Assembly (NCBI GenBank): GCA_963815195.1
Contig: CAWFGE010000017.1
Span: 192,001-256,000, forward strand
DNA from: an uncultured Planctomycetaceae bacterium
Lineage (GTDB): Bacteria; Planctomycetota; Planctomycetia; Planctomycetales; Planctomycetaceae
Direction of reading: 5' to 3'
Length of the DNA stretch: 64,000 nt
The position numbers and the translations under genes were made by a program. The notes under the pieces are model-generated. The model saw only the letters and a program-made list of their open reading frames with translations. It made no database searches and was not told the origin of the DNA. Positions 10,166 to 21,286 of the stretch are shown here, one piece after another. Numbering within the stretch: the stretch's first letter is position 1; each line of letters starts with the position of its first letter.

Positions 10166-11512
10166 TTAAAGGATGAACTTGCTGAGATCCTCATCCGCGG
10201 TGATGGCTTTGAGCTGCTCCTCGACGTAGGCGGCGTCGATGGTGATCGTCTTCAGCGATTTGGCGGGGGCCTCGTAGCTGACGTTTTCTAAAAGACGTTC
10301 CATGATCGTATACAGCCTGCGGGCCCCGATGTTCTGCGTCGACTGATTGACCTGATGCGCAATGTCGGCGAGGGCTTCGATCCCGTCTTTGGTGAATTTG
10401 AGCTTCACGCCGTCGGTCGCGAGCAGGGCTTCGTATTGCATCGTGAGCGAACTGGAGGGTTCGGTGAGAATCCGCACGAAATCGTCGCGGGTCAGGTCCT
10501 GCAGTTCCACGCGGATCGGAAACCGGCCTTGCAGTTCGGGCATCAGGTCCGAGGGCTTCGAGCGGTGAAACGCCCCGGCCGCGATGAACAGCATATGGTC
10601 CGTCCGCACCGGTCCGTAGCGGGTTTGGACTGTGGTGCCTTCCACGATCGGCAGCAAATCCCGCTGCACGCCCTGCCGGCTGACATCGGCGCTGCGGCTG
10701 CCTTCTTCCGAGCCGCAGATCTTGTCGATTTCGTCCACAAAGATCATGCCGTGGTCCTGGGCCAGGCGAACGGCTTCTTCCTGGATGGCGTCTTTATCCA
10801 TCAGGGCTTCGACTTCCTGATCGAGCAGCACCTTGCGGGCTTCCTTCACCGGGAGCTTCTTTTCCTTTTGCTGTTTGGGGAGCATCTTCTCGAACATGCC
10901 CTGCAGGTCCAAGTCCATCTGCTCCATGCCCATGTTGGAAAACACCTGCACGGGGACGTTCCGCTGCTCGATGGACAGTTCGATCATCGAGTCTTCCAGC
11001 TCGCCGTTTTTGAGTTTCTGGCGAAATTTCTCGCGGGTGCGTTCGTGGCGTTTCTGGTTTTCTTCGTATTCCTCGGCTTCGGAGGGATGCCATTCCGGCG
11101 GAGGGACGAGCAGATCGAGCAGCCGCTCTTCCACGGCGGCCTCGGCTTTTTGCTCGACCTTTTTTCGCTGCTCGGTCATCACGAGATTGATCGCCGAGTC
11201 CACGACTTCGCGGACCATGCTTTCGACATCCCGGCCGTAGTAGCCAACTTCAGTGTATTTGGTGGCTTCGATTTTGACGAACGGGGCCTTGGTGAGCTTG
11301 GCGAGCCGGCGGGTGATTTCGGTTTTCCCAACGCCGGTGGGACCGATCATGATGATGTTTTTGGGGGTGACTTCTTTGCGGATGTCTTCGGGCAGTTGCT
11401 GCCAGCGCCAGCGGTTTCTGAGGGCAATCGCCACGGCCCGTTTGGCGGCATCCTGGCCGACGATGTGCTTATCGAGTTCCGCCACGATTTCGCGGGGGGT
11501 CATTTCGCGCAC
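10166..11512 (-). CDS. hslU: ATP-dependent protease ATPase subunit HslU
   Basis: [36 protein letters not shown]-terminal DLSKFIL. Start is GTG 11512 or ATG 11503. Confidence 0.98.
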   Translation of the reverse strand: MREMTPREIVAELDKHIVGQDAAKRAVAIALRNRWRWQQLPEDIRKEVTPKNIIMIGPTGVGKTEITRRLAKLTKAPFVKIEATKYTEVGYYGRDVESMVREVVDSAINLVMTEQRKKVEQKAEAAVEERLLDLLVPPPEWHPSEAEEYEENQKRHERTREKFRQKLKNGELEDSMIELSIEQRNVPVQVFSNMGMEQMDLDLQGMFEKMLPKQQKEKKLPVKEARKVLLDQEVEALMDKDAIQEEAVRLAQDHGMIFVDEIDKICGSEEGSRSADVSRQGVQRDLLPIVEGTTVQTRYGPVRTDHMLFIAAGAFHRSKPSDLMPELQGRFPIRVELQDLTRDDFVRILTEPSSSLTMQYEALLATDGVKLKFTKDGIEALADIAHQVNQSTQNIGARRLYTIMERLLENVSYEAPAKSLKTITIDAAYVEEQLKAITADEDLSKFIL

Positions 11513-12063
11513 GAGAGTTCCTCCACGATGAGATTGTCGTTGGTGAAGACGTCGATGCTCGCGGCAATGAGCAGCGATTCCCGGACGATGTCGCTCGCGG
11601 AGAGATCGGAGTGCTTGATCAGCGCCCGCGCCGCGGACATCGCGAAATCGCCGCCCGAACCGATGCCGATCACGCCGTCGGTCGGCTGCACCACGTCGCC
11701 TTGGCCGGTGATGAGCAGGCTGCATTCCGTGTTGACGACGATCATCAACGCTTCCAGCCGGCGAAGTGCGCGGTCGGTCCGCCAATCGCGGGCGAGTTCG
11801 GTCGCGGCCCGCACGATGTTGCCCGGGTAGTCCTTGGCCTTGGCTTCGAAGCGTTCCATGAGGGCGAAGGCATCGGCCGTGGAGCCGGCGAACCCGACGA
11901 GCACGCTCTTATCGAGCATCCAGCGAATCTTCCGCGTGTCGCCTTTGAGAATGGTGTTGTTATAGGTCACCTGGCCGTCGCCGCCGATGGCGACTTTGTC
12001 CTGGTGGCGAACCGTCAAAATGGTCGTGGAATGCGTCTGGGCCTTCCGGTCCGGTTGGGGCAT
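11500..12063 (-). CDS. hslV: ATP-dependent protease peptidase subunit HslV
   Basis: STTIL..., [21 protein letters not shown]; overlaps hslU start. Confidence 0.97.
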   Translation of the reverse strand: MPQPDRKAQTHSTTILTVRHQDKVAIGGDGQVTYNNTILKGDTRKIRWMLDKSVLVGFAGSTADAFALMERFEAKAKDYPGNIVRAATELARDWRTDRALRRLEALMIVVNTECSLLITGQGDVVQPTDGVIGIGSGGDFAMSAARALIKHSDLSASDIVRESLLIAASIDVFTNDNLIVEELSCAK

Positions 12064-12241
12064 GGCGTCATTTCCTTAAAGCGATCGGCGTACATCCTGC
12101 CGGGGAATTGTTCGTTTTCGGAGCATCGCCGTCAACCGTAGCAATTGACCCCGCGGCTCACAAGCGGGATCCGCGCGTCAGAGTTCTTCGGAGGAATACG
12201 CGCATCGTGAGGTCATTCGCCAATGCCCAGAAAATCTTGAA

Positions 12242-12682
12242 TCAGCCGAGATTCTTCAGATCGTTAAGCAGAGATTCCTTGTCCTCGGCTTCGGAGATTT
12301 GCTCCGCCTGCTGGACTGCCTCCGCCAGATGTTCCTGGGCGTTTTCCGTGTTGCCGGCGAGGAACTCCGCGCGGGCCAAGGCTTCGTAGGCGTAACCCAA
12401 CAGGAAGGCATCGTCCCTCGGCGTTTTCTCCAGGCAGATCCGGGCCGACTGGAGCGCGTTCGGACCATCGCCCAACACGGCGTTAATTCGCGAGAGTTGC
12501 CAATAGCCGATCGAGAGGTTCTTGGCGGTGCAATCGGGACGCTTGGACCAATGCCAAATCGACGCATGGGCGAGGTGGATCATTTCGTCGTCCTCGGCGG
12601 CGGTGCGATCGGGTTTTTCGATCAGATCCCAGGCTTTATTGAAGCAAAGGGTCGAAAAAAACTTGTGGGGTTCTTCGTTCAT
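12242..12682 (-). CDS. Hypothetical helical (TPR-like) protein
   Basis: [15 protein letters not shown]...AHASIWHW...YAYEALARA; 4-bp overlap with upstream LOG gene. Confidence 0.75.
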   Translation of the reverse strand: MNEEPHKFFSTLCFNKAWDLIEKPDRTAAEDDEMIHLAHASIWHWSKRPDCTAKNLSIGYWQLSRINAVLGDGPNALQSARICLEKTPRDDAFLLGYAYEALARAEFLAGNTENAQEHLAEAVQQAEQISEAEDKESLLNDLKNLG

Positions 12683-13791
12683 TTCGGGATGCCTTCCTCT
12701 TGTGGTTCTTCGTCCGCGAGCTCGTTGTTGATGAGATCGACCATCTGGCGGAGCCGGCCGATGTGTTTGCGGTTGAAGCGGAGGCCCAGGCGGGGCAAGT
12801 CGGCGAGGTGCTGATCATCGGATTCGAGGGGGTGGACTTTGACTTTCTGGATCCGGCCGGTTTCCAGGAGGTCCTGAAACTCGTCGTTCAAACGGTTCAC
12901 GAACTCGTCCGAGGGTTCTTTGTGCAGGCGGAGCACCAATTGTCCGCGGACGTAGCGCATGCTGTTATACACGCTATAAAACCCCAGGACCTCGTCGAGG
13001 GCGTCCTCCACGTCATCGACGACTCTCACCAGCGACAGGTCGTCCGGCGAAATCAATCCGTTTGCCAGCAGGTGCGATTTGACGTATTCCAGCCAATCCT
13101 TCCAATAGCTGCCGCCCGGCTGGTCGAGGAGCACGATCGGCATCAGGTCGCGTTTGCCGGTTTGGACCAGCGTGAGCGTTTCGAAGCCTTCATCGAGCGT
13201 GCCGAACCCGCCGGGGCAGAGGATGATCCCGTGGACTTCTTTCACGAACAGGAGCTTCCGCGTGAAGAAGTACTTGAGATGGACGAGCTTTTCATCGTCG
13301 GAGATGACGTAGTTCGCGTCCTGCTCGAAGGGCAGCATGATGTTAAGGCCCATCGACATTTCGCGGCCCGCCCCGACGTGGGCGGCTTCCATGATCCCGC
13401 CGCCCGCCCCGGTGACGACCATCCAGCCTTCTTCCGCGAGCCGGCGGCCGAGTTCCACGGCTTGATGATACGCGGGATGCTCCGGCGGCGTGCGGGCGGA
13501 GCCGAACACGGTCACTTTCCGCTGGCGGCGGAACGGCGTGAAGACTTTGAAGGCGTAGCGGAGTTCCTTCACGGCCCGGCTGATGATTTTCAAGTCCCCG
13601 CGGGTGGCATCGTCGCGGCCGAGTTTGTCGGCGTACTCTTTGATCTCCTCGACCAGTTGCGTCTTTTGCTCGAATTCCCACGCGTGCTCCGTCGGCATCA
13701 CGTCCGCTTCACTCATATCCGGCCGGGCGTGCCTGTGTCCGGGTTTGTGCGGCGGTTCGCTTTGAGGAGTGTCCTGCGGCATATCGGTCAT
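12679..13791 (-). CDS. LOG family (TIGR00730-like) nucleotide monophosphate phosphoribohydrolase
   Basis: [34 protein letters not shown]. Confidence 0.92.
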   Translation of the reverse strand: MTDMPQDTPQSEPPHKPGHRHARPDMSEADVMPTEHAWEFEQKTQLVEEIKEYADKLGRDDATRGDLKIISRAVKELRYAFKVFTPFRRQRKVTVFGSARTPPEHPAYHQAVELGRRLAEEGWMVVTGAGGGIMEAAHVGAGREMSMGLNIMLPFEQDANYVISDDEKLVHLKYFFTRKLLFVKEVHGIILCPGGFGTLDEGFETLTLVQTGKRDLMPIVLLDQPGGSYWKDWLEYVKSHLLANGLISPDDLSLVRVVDDVEDALDEVLGFYSVYNSMRYVRGQLVLRLHKEPSDEFVNRLNDEFQDLLETGRIQKVKVHPLESDDQHLADLPRLGLRFNRKHIGRLRQMVDLINNELADEEPQEEGIPK

Positions 13792-13824
13792 ACAAATGCT
13801 TTCTCCATCATCCTTTTGTGATTT

Positions 13825-13882
13825 CGTAGCGGCGGCTTCCAGCCGCCGTTGATATTCTTGGCGGCTGGAAGCCGCCGCTGCG
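13825..13882. repeat. GTAG-type REP doublet
   Basis: CGTAGCGGCGGCTTCCAGCCGCC ... GGCGGCTGGAAGCCGCCGCTGCG inverted pair; related copies at 18248, 32030, 57160. Confidence 0.75.
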
Positions 13883-13896
13883 GTTATCCCGCGGCC

Positions 13897-14262
13897 TTAG
13901 TCATCCAAGGCGTCGATGGCTTCGTCGCGGGTGTCGTAGATGGCCCACAACGTGTCGAGGGCCGTCACTCGCAACAGTTCCGCGGCCGCGGGACTCACGC
14001 CGGCGAGCACCAGTTCCCCGCCCCGGCGTTTGACCACGGTATGGCAGCGGAGCAAAAGCTGCAAAAACACCGAGCCAAAGTAATTCACGTCGGTCAAATC
14101 GAACACGACCAGCGGGACCTCTTGATCGATCATGGGCTGCATGAGGATCTCCGCCGCCTGCTCGATGAGATCCCAACGCACCGACTCCACATTGCCTGCG
14201 GTGGCAATCACCAGAATGTTGTCGTGCCAAACGAACTGAAACGCATCGCGGAGATCGGTCAT
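13897..14262 (-). CDS. STAS-domain anti-sigma factor antagonist
   Basis: [16 protein letters not shown]...GGELVLAGV...LLRVTALD. Confidence 0.88.
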   Translation of the reverse strand: MTDLRDAFQFVWHDNILVIATAGNVESVRWDLIEQAAEILMQPMIDQEVPLVVFDLTDVNYFGSVFLQLLLRCHTVVKRRGGELVLAGVSPAAAELLRVTALDTLWAIYDTRDEAIDALDD

Positions 14263-14329
14263 AAATCAATCCGTTCCGACTTAACTTAAATATCGGGAGA
14301 AAAATGTCTCTCGGAAACTCTGTATCCGA

Positions 14330-14427
14330 GTGTGCCGCTGGCTCTGCCGGCTGTGCCATTCACCATCGGGCCGGCTGGCTGATTTCGAAGTTCCACGCGA
14401 ACAGCACCGGCAAAGCCAGTGGCACAC
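14330..14427. repeat. REP-like inverted pair (GTGCCACTGGC family)
   Basis: GTGTGCCGCTGGCTCTGCCGG ... CCGGCAAAGCCAGTGGCACAC. Confidence 0.6.
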
Positions 14428-14483
14428 ATTTCCAATCATCTTGTTGAGACACACGGAATTCGTTTTTCGAGCCCATCGAAATC

Positions 14484-17063
14484 TCAACCGGCTCGGCGGC
14501 CGGCGGCGGGGTTTTGCGTCTCGTCCCACCATTGGGCCCATAACTTGATCTTACCATCCGCGCTGGCCGTGTTGCCAAGGGCGGGCGGATGTTTTTCCAC
14601 CGGAACCAGTTGTTCCAAGCTGTCTAAGACGGCCTGCTTGACGCGGTCGTCCCTCGCGGTCCAGGCGATGCTCACCAGCGGCTCGACGAATCGCGTTTGT
14701 CCCCCGGCTCCCATCGCGGCGATGACCTTCAAGCGGATTTGATGATCCGGGTGATGGCTGAGCCGGATGAGTTCATCGTGCCCTTGCGGATCGCCCAGGC
14801 GGCTCATGGCGATTGCCGCCGCGACCGAAACCGCCAGTTCCCGGTCGGCGAGCAGCGATCTGAGGCCGGGCAGTTGTTCCTCCGGACGGGAACCGGGAAC
14901 GCCGTCGATGACAATGCGGTTTCGGCAACGCCCCGCCGCTTCGATCGCCGCGAGCTGCACGGGCTGCTGCGAATCGTGAATCAAAGGCAAAAGCCAATCC
15001 GCGAAGGCAGGACCTCGGTGGCGGGCCGCGTATTCGCAAGCCAACCGCCGGATGCCCCCATCGGGATGATTCGCCGCCCAGGCGATCAACTCGGCGATTT
15101 CGCGGCTGGAATCCGGCAGCACGGCGAGCACTGCCGACCGCCACACCAATCCGTCCGCCTCGTTTTTCAGATGATCCCGCAACGTGCGAACGGCGAGCGG
15201 GCTGAGCGACCGCCCGTCGGCCAGCGCCCGCAACTCGCTCGCCGCCAGCCGCCGGCCGGCCGCGTCGTTCGATTCCAATTTCGCCAAGGCCTCGTACACC
15301 GGACTGAGGGCCGGCAGCACATCGCGAACAATTTCCTCCGTCCGCGGCGAAGGCGGCTGTTCGAGCACAAACGCCTCGATCGCGGGCACATCTTCGGGCG
15401 AGGATTCTTTAAGCGACTTGATCGCCAACTGATGCCGGGCGGAGTTTGCGGGGAAGTCCTGGTCCATCAGGTCGAGCAAATAGGTTTCGAGTTCCGCGAC
15501 CCGCAGGCGATTGATCTTGGGATTGGCAGGCAGCGTGTCTTCCGAACGGAAGAACTCCATAGGCAGGTTCCAGGTGCGGGCCAACGCCCGCGCGGCCTCT
15601 TCGCGGACTTCGGGACCGGCGGCGATGGGGAACGTCTCTTTCAAGCCCGTCCTCCGGCGGAGTTCGCGGAAACAGTTTCGGCGGGTCGTCAAGGATGCGT
15701 GCTGCATGCCGTGGAGCAGCACCGGAATCGCCAGTTCGTCCGGCCAATCGCGGGTGGCTTCAAGGGCGGCCGTTTCGACCTCCCGGCTCGCGTCGGCCCC
15801 TAATTCCCGGAGCCGCCGGGCCGATTCCACCGTCGCGAACCGGCCCAACTCTTCCGCGACCGAGACCCGCACCTCGTAAGACGAATCGTTCAAATAGGCC
15901 GCCAGTTCGCCCGCGCCCCAATGCGCGAGGCCTTTCACCGCCATCGCCCGCACGCGGGGCTCCGGCCGGCGGGCTTGGAACCGTAAGGACTCCAAGGCCT
16001 CCTTCGTCTTGAGCATTCCCAAATGCACGAGGGCGTCGTCGCGGACGGCGGGTTCCTGATCGGTCAACTGAGATTCGAGCACCTTCGCCGCATTGGGATG
16101 CCCGGTGAGGGCCATCCAATACGCGAACCGCCGGCGAACCTCTGGGTCCCGCTCGAAATAGGCGTCCGGTTCCCATTGCCAATCCAAAATCGCCCTTGGC
16201 CAGGGATTTTCTTTCGGAGTCTTCGCATCCGCCGGGACCTGTTGATTGCCAGGATTCCACAAGGCATACAGCACGCAGGCATCGATGGCGGCGTGCCGAA
16301 GTTCCCGCGAATGAGAGGAAGGCTCCCGCCCGGCCGCCAACGCATGATCCAAGCCCGGCACATGGGACGGAGGCACCCAGCGTCCGATGCCTCGGAACAG
16401 TTCCCCGCGGACTTCCACGGGGAGATTCTCGTTGACCAAGGCCTGCCCCGCCGGGGCCAAGGCTTCAATGGGATCGCCCTCTGCCGAGGCGAGCACCAGA
16501 CACCACGCTTCCGCCGCCGCGGCTTGCATGGACACGGGAATCCGCCGGGGCGCGGCCGCGGCCGAGCCGGATTCGCTTCCGGCCGGCGGATACTCGGGCG
16601 GTTCAGCCGCCAATCGTTTGAGCACGGGCTCCAGGTATCGAGTCTCCGCCGGATGCTGCCGGGCCAACAGAATCGCCGCGTGCCAACCCGCGAGATTGTC
16701 TTCGCGGGCCAGTTCGCCCAGAAGAACCTCCGCGTCGAAACTCGGCTGGGAGGAATTGACCTTCGCCCATTGACTTTCGAGGGCTGCGAGAAACTCCGGC
16801 CATTCCTTCACGCCCAGCCGCCAACGCAGCGAAGAAGCCGCCGGCCGCCGCGTTTCGCGGGTTTCCCATTCCCGCTCGGGCGACCATTCCCAGCGCCGCT
16901 GCCATTGTTCTTGGGTTAAAGACGCCGCCAGAGAATCGCGAATCTCCGATTTCCAAGCCGGCTCGACCTCGCCGATCTGCACAAGCCGGCATCCCGAACC
17001 GGCACCGCAAAGAATGCCCGCCGCCAATATCAACGCAATCGGGATCTTGCCAAATGGGAACAT
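14484..17063 (-). CDS. HEAT-repeat protein, probable lipoprotein
   Basis: Signal peptide with GSGC lipobox-like end; many HEAT units (LTDQEPAVRDDALVHLG, LNDSSYEVRVSVAEELG, HPDHQIRLKVIAAMG). Confidence 0.82.
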   Translation of the reverse strand: MFPFGKIPIALILAAGILCGAGSGCRLVQIGEVEPAWKSEIRDSLAASLTQEQWQRRWEWSPEREWETRETRRPAASSLRWRLGVKEWPEFLAALESQWAKVNSSQPSFDAEVLLGELAREDNLAGWHAAILLARQHPAETRYLEPVLKRLAAEPPEYPPAGSESGSAAAAPRRIPVSMQAAAAEAWCLVLASAEGDPIEALAPAGQALVNENLPVEVRGELFRGIGRWVPPSHVPGLDHALAAGREPSSHSRELRHAAIDACVLYALWNPGNQQVPADAKTPKENPWPRAILDWQWEPDAYFERDPEVRRRFAYWMALTGHPNAAKVLESQLTDQEPAVRDDALVHLGMLKTKEALESLRFQARRPEPRVRAMAVKGLAHWGAGELAAYLNDSSYEVRVSVAEELGRFATVESARRLRELGADASREVETAALEATRDWPDELAIPVLLHGMQHASLTTRRNCFRELRRRTGLKETFPIAAGPEVREEAARALARTWNLPMEFFRSEDTLPANPKINRLRVAELETYLLDLMDQDFPANSARHQLAIKSLKESSPEDVPAIEAFVLEQPPSPRTEEIVRDVLPALSPVYEALAKLESNDAAGRRLAASELRALADGRSLSPLAVRTLRDHLKNEADGLVWRSAVLAVLPDSSREIAELIAWAANHPDGGIRRLACEYAARHRGPAFADWLLPLIHDSQQPVQLAAIEAAGRCRNRIVIDGVPGSRPEEQLPGLRSLLADRELAVSVAAAIAMSRLGDPQGHDELIRLSHHPDHQIRLKVIAAMGAGGQTRFVEPLVSIAWTARDDRVKQAVLDSLEQLVPVEKHPPALGNTASADGKIKLWAQWWDETQNPAAGRRAG

Positions 17064-17328
17064 GAAACCGCTAGGCGGCCGGAGCCGAACCGCTCCGGCA
17101 GGTTGTGATGCATGAGAAGGGAACGCGGAGAGAGGCCGGGAAGCTTATCAAGTTTCCGCCCTTGTCAGAAGATCAGATTCAGGCCCGGAGCACGTTCGAG
17201 TGCACGTGAGCTTTTGCGCCGGTTGCAAAATGCGATCATCTTGTCAAGGGCGGAAATCGGGGTCAAAACCGTTGGATATAGGACTGCGTATTTTGAGGTA
17301 AATGTTTTTTTTATCCATTCGTCCGATT

Positions 17329-17565
17329 TGTAACGTCTGGGTGGCTGGGGCGCAAATCCCCTTGGAATAAGGCTTGAACTGCGAAAGCTGGGGCTGTGGC
17401 CCAACGGGGGCAGTCTTAAAACGGAGCTGCGCGGGATTGATGAAGCCGCGCCTGCGCGTGGGCCAGATAGGGCCGCCCCGTTGGGGCTTGCATTTTATTC
17501 ATTCGAAACCCAGGGCGGCGCTGCGCTGGCCGTGGGCTGACATAGGGCCGGGCCTTCGGCCCTAA
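17329..17565. repeat. Partial copy of the 185-bp element fused to a CCCAACGGGG/CCCAGGGC-type palindromic repeat
   Basis: 17329..17401 matches 20217..20290 and 37007..37080; then CCCAACGGGGG...CCCCGTTGGG inverted pair and AGGGCCGGGCCTTCGGCCCT hairpin. Confidence 0.65.
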
Positions 17566-17794
17566 ATTATTTTGGTGCAGGCGTCTCGTCTGCGAATCCA
17601 GCCGGGACGGTTTTACCCCAATCACGAAATCTAGAACGACTGGATCTGTTTCGATGTTGGGCGGATTTTGAAAAAACAAAAGCGGGTTTGCACCCAGGGC
17701 GTTACCTGGAAATTCATTTGTCCAAAAAGTATCATCAGGCGATAAGGTGTGAAATCCGCTCATTTTACGGCCCAGCCCAGGGGAAAGTTGCTCC

Positions 17795-18163
17795 ATGCCC
17801 ATCGTGAATTTTGTCAAGGAAAAAAAGAAAGTCGAGGTGCCCGAAGGAGCCAATCTGCGGGCGGAAGCCATGAAAGCCGGCGTCCAGGTCTATCCGGGAA
17901 TTCATCGGCTTCGGTTCGCGCATTGCCCCGGTATTGGGGGGTGCGCTTCCTGCAAGGTGCGGATCGTCAAAGGGGCCGACAAGAACGTCAGCAAACAGAG
18001 TTGGCGGGAAAAAGCCCGGCTACTTGTGGGGCCGCTGAGCTTTTTCGCCCGGCTTGGCAACGAGCAGGAGCTGCGGTTGGCCTGCCAGACGAAGGTAATG
18101 GGCGACATCGACGTGGAAACCCAACCGAAACTCAACTTGCACGGCGAGAAGTTTTGGGCTTAA
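17795..18163 (+). CDS. 2Fe-2S ferredoxin-like protein
   Basis: CPGIGGCASC ... RLACQ. Confidence 0.88.
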   Translation: MPIVNFVKEKKKVEVPEGANLRAEAMKAGVQVYPGIHRLRFAHCPGIGGCASCKVRIVKGADKNVSKQSWREKARLLVGPLSFFARLGNEQELRLACQTKVMGDIDVETQPKLNLHGEKFWA

Positions 18164-18289
18164 GATGCTCCCTCGTGCTCCGTCCCAGGATGAATTTCGG
18201 TTGAAGAAATTGGCCGCAGGGCGCTAGCCCCCGGTTTTCGAGCGGTTGTAGCGGCGATTGCCAGCCGCCGCTACGGAAGAAGGCACCCC

Positions 18290-19268
18290 ATGCGCGATAT
18301 TCGGATTGCCGCCGCTCAGTTTGAACACCGAAACGGCGACAAGACCTATAACCTCTCCCGCATTCGCGAATTGACCCGCCGGGCCGTGGACGAAGGGGCG
18401 GAAGTCGTGAGCTTTCACGAATGCGCGATCTCGGCGTACTCCTTCGTGCAAACGTTTTCCAAAGAGGAACTGCTCGAGCTTGCCGAGCCGGTTCCCGACG
18501 GGCCGAGCTGCGGGCAGCTTGTCGAGATCGCCCGCGAGTTTCAGGTGCCCGTCTTGGCGGGCCTCTTCGAACGGGCCCGGGACGCAGACGGCGTCTGGCA
18601 GGTCTATAACGCCTATATCTGCGTGGACCAAACCGGACTGCTCGCCAAGTTTCGCAAGCTGCACGCGTTTGTGAATCCGCATTTGAAATCGGGCGACGAA
18701 TTTCGTGGTGTTCGACCTGCTCGGCTGCCGCTGCGGGATTCTCATTTGCTACGACAACAACTTGATCGAGAACGTTCGCATCACGGCGCTCCAGGGGGCG
18801 GAGGTCATTTTCATGCCGCACGTCACCGGGTGTCTGCCTTCGGTGATGCCCGGCCGCGGGATTGTCGATCCGGTCCTCTGGGAACGCCGGGACCAGGACC
18901 CGGTTCGGCTCCGGCAGGAACTGGAGGGCCCTAAAGGCCGGGGTTGGCTGATGCGCTGGCTGCCCGCGCGGGCTTACGACAACGGCGTGTACGCGGTCTT
19001 CACCAACCCCATCGGCAACGACGACGGCGAGATCCGCAACGGCAATTCGATGATCTTGGACCCCTTCGGCGAAATCATTGCGGAGTGTCATCGGCTGGGC
19101 GATGATCTGGCCGTCGCGCTCTGCACCGCCGAGAAAATCGCCCAATCCAGCGGCCGGCGTTACCTCCGCGCCCGCCGGCCCGACATGTACGGCCCGCTCG
19201 TCGAACCGCCCGACGAACCGCCCGTCACCCAGCCCGGCTGGACGCTTCGCGCCGCGGCTTCGGAGTAG
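18290..19268 (+). CDS. Nitrilase / carbon-nitrogen hydrolase family; frameshift at ~18703
   Basis: Catalytic triad E (FHEC), K (FRKLH), C (ICYDN) split across ORFs 18290..18934 and 18705..19268; extra T in TTTC. Confidence 0.88.
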
Positions 19269-19275
19269 CTTTCCA

Positions 19276-20124
19276 TCACGCGGCCCGGCGGCTTTCGTCC
19301 GCGGACCTTCGGCGAGTGGCGATGCGTTTGAGGAACCTAGCGCTCGATCGGCGAATGATCCACTCGCCGAGCGCCGGCCAAAGCTCGGCCAGCACGAACA
19401 CCGGCCGCATCGGGGGCCAGTTCACCAAAAGTTCCGCCCGGTCTCGGCGAATGGCTTTGACGACCGCCCGCGCGACGGCGTCCGCGCTCGTCGCGCCCAT
19501 CTGCGGCGGCGTGCCCCGGCCCGTGGCTGTTTTCATCCGTTCATAAATCCCGCCATCGTTCGTGAACCCCGGACAGATCGCCGAGGCGCTCACGCCCCGC
19601 CCGTGGAACTCGCCGCGGATCGATTCCGCCAAGGAAATCAGCCCCGCTTTGGAAACGCCGTAGGCCGCCCCGTAAGCCGGCCCGTGCTTTCCCGCGGTGG
19701 AAGACATGTTCACAATATGCCCGCTCCCGGCGGCGAGCATGCGAGGCAGCACCAACCGGCTGAGCACCACCGCGGCCGTGAGGTTCACCTCGATCGTCCG
19801 CGTGATTTGCTCGGCGGGCAGTTCCGCAAACGGGCAATAGGTTTCGATCCCCGCGTTGTTGACGAGCACATCGATCCGGCCGAACTCGGCGAGCGTGCAT
19901 TCGACCAACCGCTCGCGGTCCGCGGGACGGGCGACATCCGCGGGAATCGCGAGCGCCCGCCGGCCCATGCCGCGAATTTCCTCGGCGACCGTTTCGAGAG
20001 CCGCTTCGCTGCGGGCGGCGAGCGCGATGTCCATCCCTTCCCGAGCCAAGGCCCGCGCCACGAACACGCCGATCCCGCCGGACGCCCCGGTCACAATCGC
20101 ACACCGTCCCGCCAAATTTCGCAT
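19276..20124 (-). CDS. SDR family NAD(P)-dependent oxidoreductase
   Basis: TGASGGIG, NNAG, YGVSK; AAGGAG RBS. Confidence 0.93.
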   Translation of the reverse strand: MRNLAGRCAIVTGASGGIGVFVARALAREGMDIALAARSEAALETVAEEIRGMGRRALAIPADVARPADRERLVECTLAEFGRIDVLVNNAGIETYCPFAELPAEQITRTIEVNLTAAVVLSRLVLPRMLAAGSGHIVNMSSTAGKHGPAYGAAYGVSKAGLISLAESIRGEFHGRGVSASAICPGFTNDGGIYERMKTATGRGTPPQMGATSADAVARAVVKAIRRDRAELLVNWPPMRPVFVLAELWPALGEWIIRRSSARFLKRIATRRRSADESRRAA

Positions 20125-20209
20125 GTGGGTGACTCCTTTCCCGTATAGCCCGTTCGCGGCTAAGCCAGAGTGATTTCCACCCTATAGATCATTTGAATCG
20201 AAAACCAGA

Positions 20210-20370
20210 CTCAAACTGTAAGCGTTTGCGTGGCTGGGGCGCAAGCCCCTTTGGAATAAGGCTTGAACTGCGAATGCTGGGGCTGTGGCCGGGCGAGAAA
20301 AATCTCACACGGCCCCAGGCCTCAAATCTGCTTTTTCCTTGGAACATTCCATTTCGCCCCAGCCACCCCC
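20210..20370. mobile_element. MITE-like element, copy lacking right terminus
   Basis: Near-identical to 37000..37160, beginning CTCAAACTGTAAG. Confidence 0.7.
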
Positions 20371-20494
20371 CTGCCGTCCCGCCAAATTTCGCATGTGGGT
20401 GACTCCTTTTGTGTCGATCAGTCGGAACGCGCTCGCGTCCGGCTCCAGCGCCCGGCGGCTAATGGATGAGGAAAAAATTCTCCACATCTTCCGA

Positions 20495-21286
20495 TCACGC
20501 CGCGCTCGAACTGGGTTTTGTTTTCGTTGCCAATTGTTCCAACTCGCGGGCGATGGGGCCGTTCAATGTGTCTTCCAGGGCTTTGAGGCAATGGGCGATT
20601 TGCAGGCCGTCGGTCAGGCGATGATCGTAGGCGATCGTCACCCGAGAGCGGCCGCGTTCGTCGAACGGTCCATACGTCATGTTGCTGGTGAGGAACGCGG
20701 GCGGGTGTTGGATTTCCGCCCCCTGGCCGGCAAGGGTTGTTAAAAAGAACGTCCCCGTCCGCTTAGGCCGCTTGGCTCCGGCGAGGTTCAGCGTCCACCA
20801 CCAGAACAACCTGCGGACAGGCGTCGGCAACGCGCTCAATTGCCATTGGCGTTTGAAGATCGCCGTCACCGGTTCGCTGAGATACCGCGAAAGCTGTTTT
20901 TGCATGTCGGAGAGGCTCTGCGTTTCGGGCTCGGAAAATCGGCCCCAAAACAGCCACGGCTCCCCCAGGTGTTCCCGCTGGATCGCCATCATTCCCACGC
21001 TGACGGGATGCTCGTAAACATGCGGCCAAGGCCAAGGCTGATACGTCTGCCGGAGCACCGGAAAATCCCGCGCGATCAAACCGAACGCCTTGATAAACAT
21101 CAGCGTCCAGGAAATCCGCTCGGGAAGCGATTGGCGAACTTCGGCGACGCGGCTGAGATCGCACAGCCGGTCGTGGGGACACGTCGGCACCTTCGCGTGG
21201 TAATGCAGCACATCGCAGGTCAGCGCCCGGCTCCGCGGCAACCGGCATCGCCTGGGCCGATCCATCCTCGAAATGAACTCTGCCAT
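20495..21286 (-). CDS. 2-oxoacid dehydrogenase E2-like / CAT-fold acyltransferase catalytic domain only
   Basis: GTFFLTTL, C-terminal IAYDHRLTDG (HxxxDG); no lipoyl or E3-binding domain. Confidence 0.8.
   Translation of the reverse strand: MAEFISRMDRPRRCRLPRSRALTCDVLHYHAKVPTCPHDRLCDLSRVAEVRQSLPERISWTLMFIKAFGLIARDFPVLRQTYQPWPWPHVYEHPVSVGMMAIQREHLGEPWLFWGRFSEPETQSLSDMQKQLSRYLSEPVTAIFKRQWQLSALPTPVRRLFWWWTLNLAGAKRPKRTGTFFLTTLAGQGAEIQHPPAFLTSNMTYGPFDERGRSRVTIAYDHRLTDGLQIAHCLKALEDTLNGPIARELEQLATKTKPSSSAA

Noticed and set aside
10355..13821. Long plus-strand ORFs (491 aa, 373 aa) opposite hslU and LOG
   Set aside because: Typical high-GC antisense open frames with no protein-like motifs.
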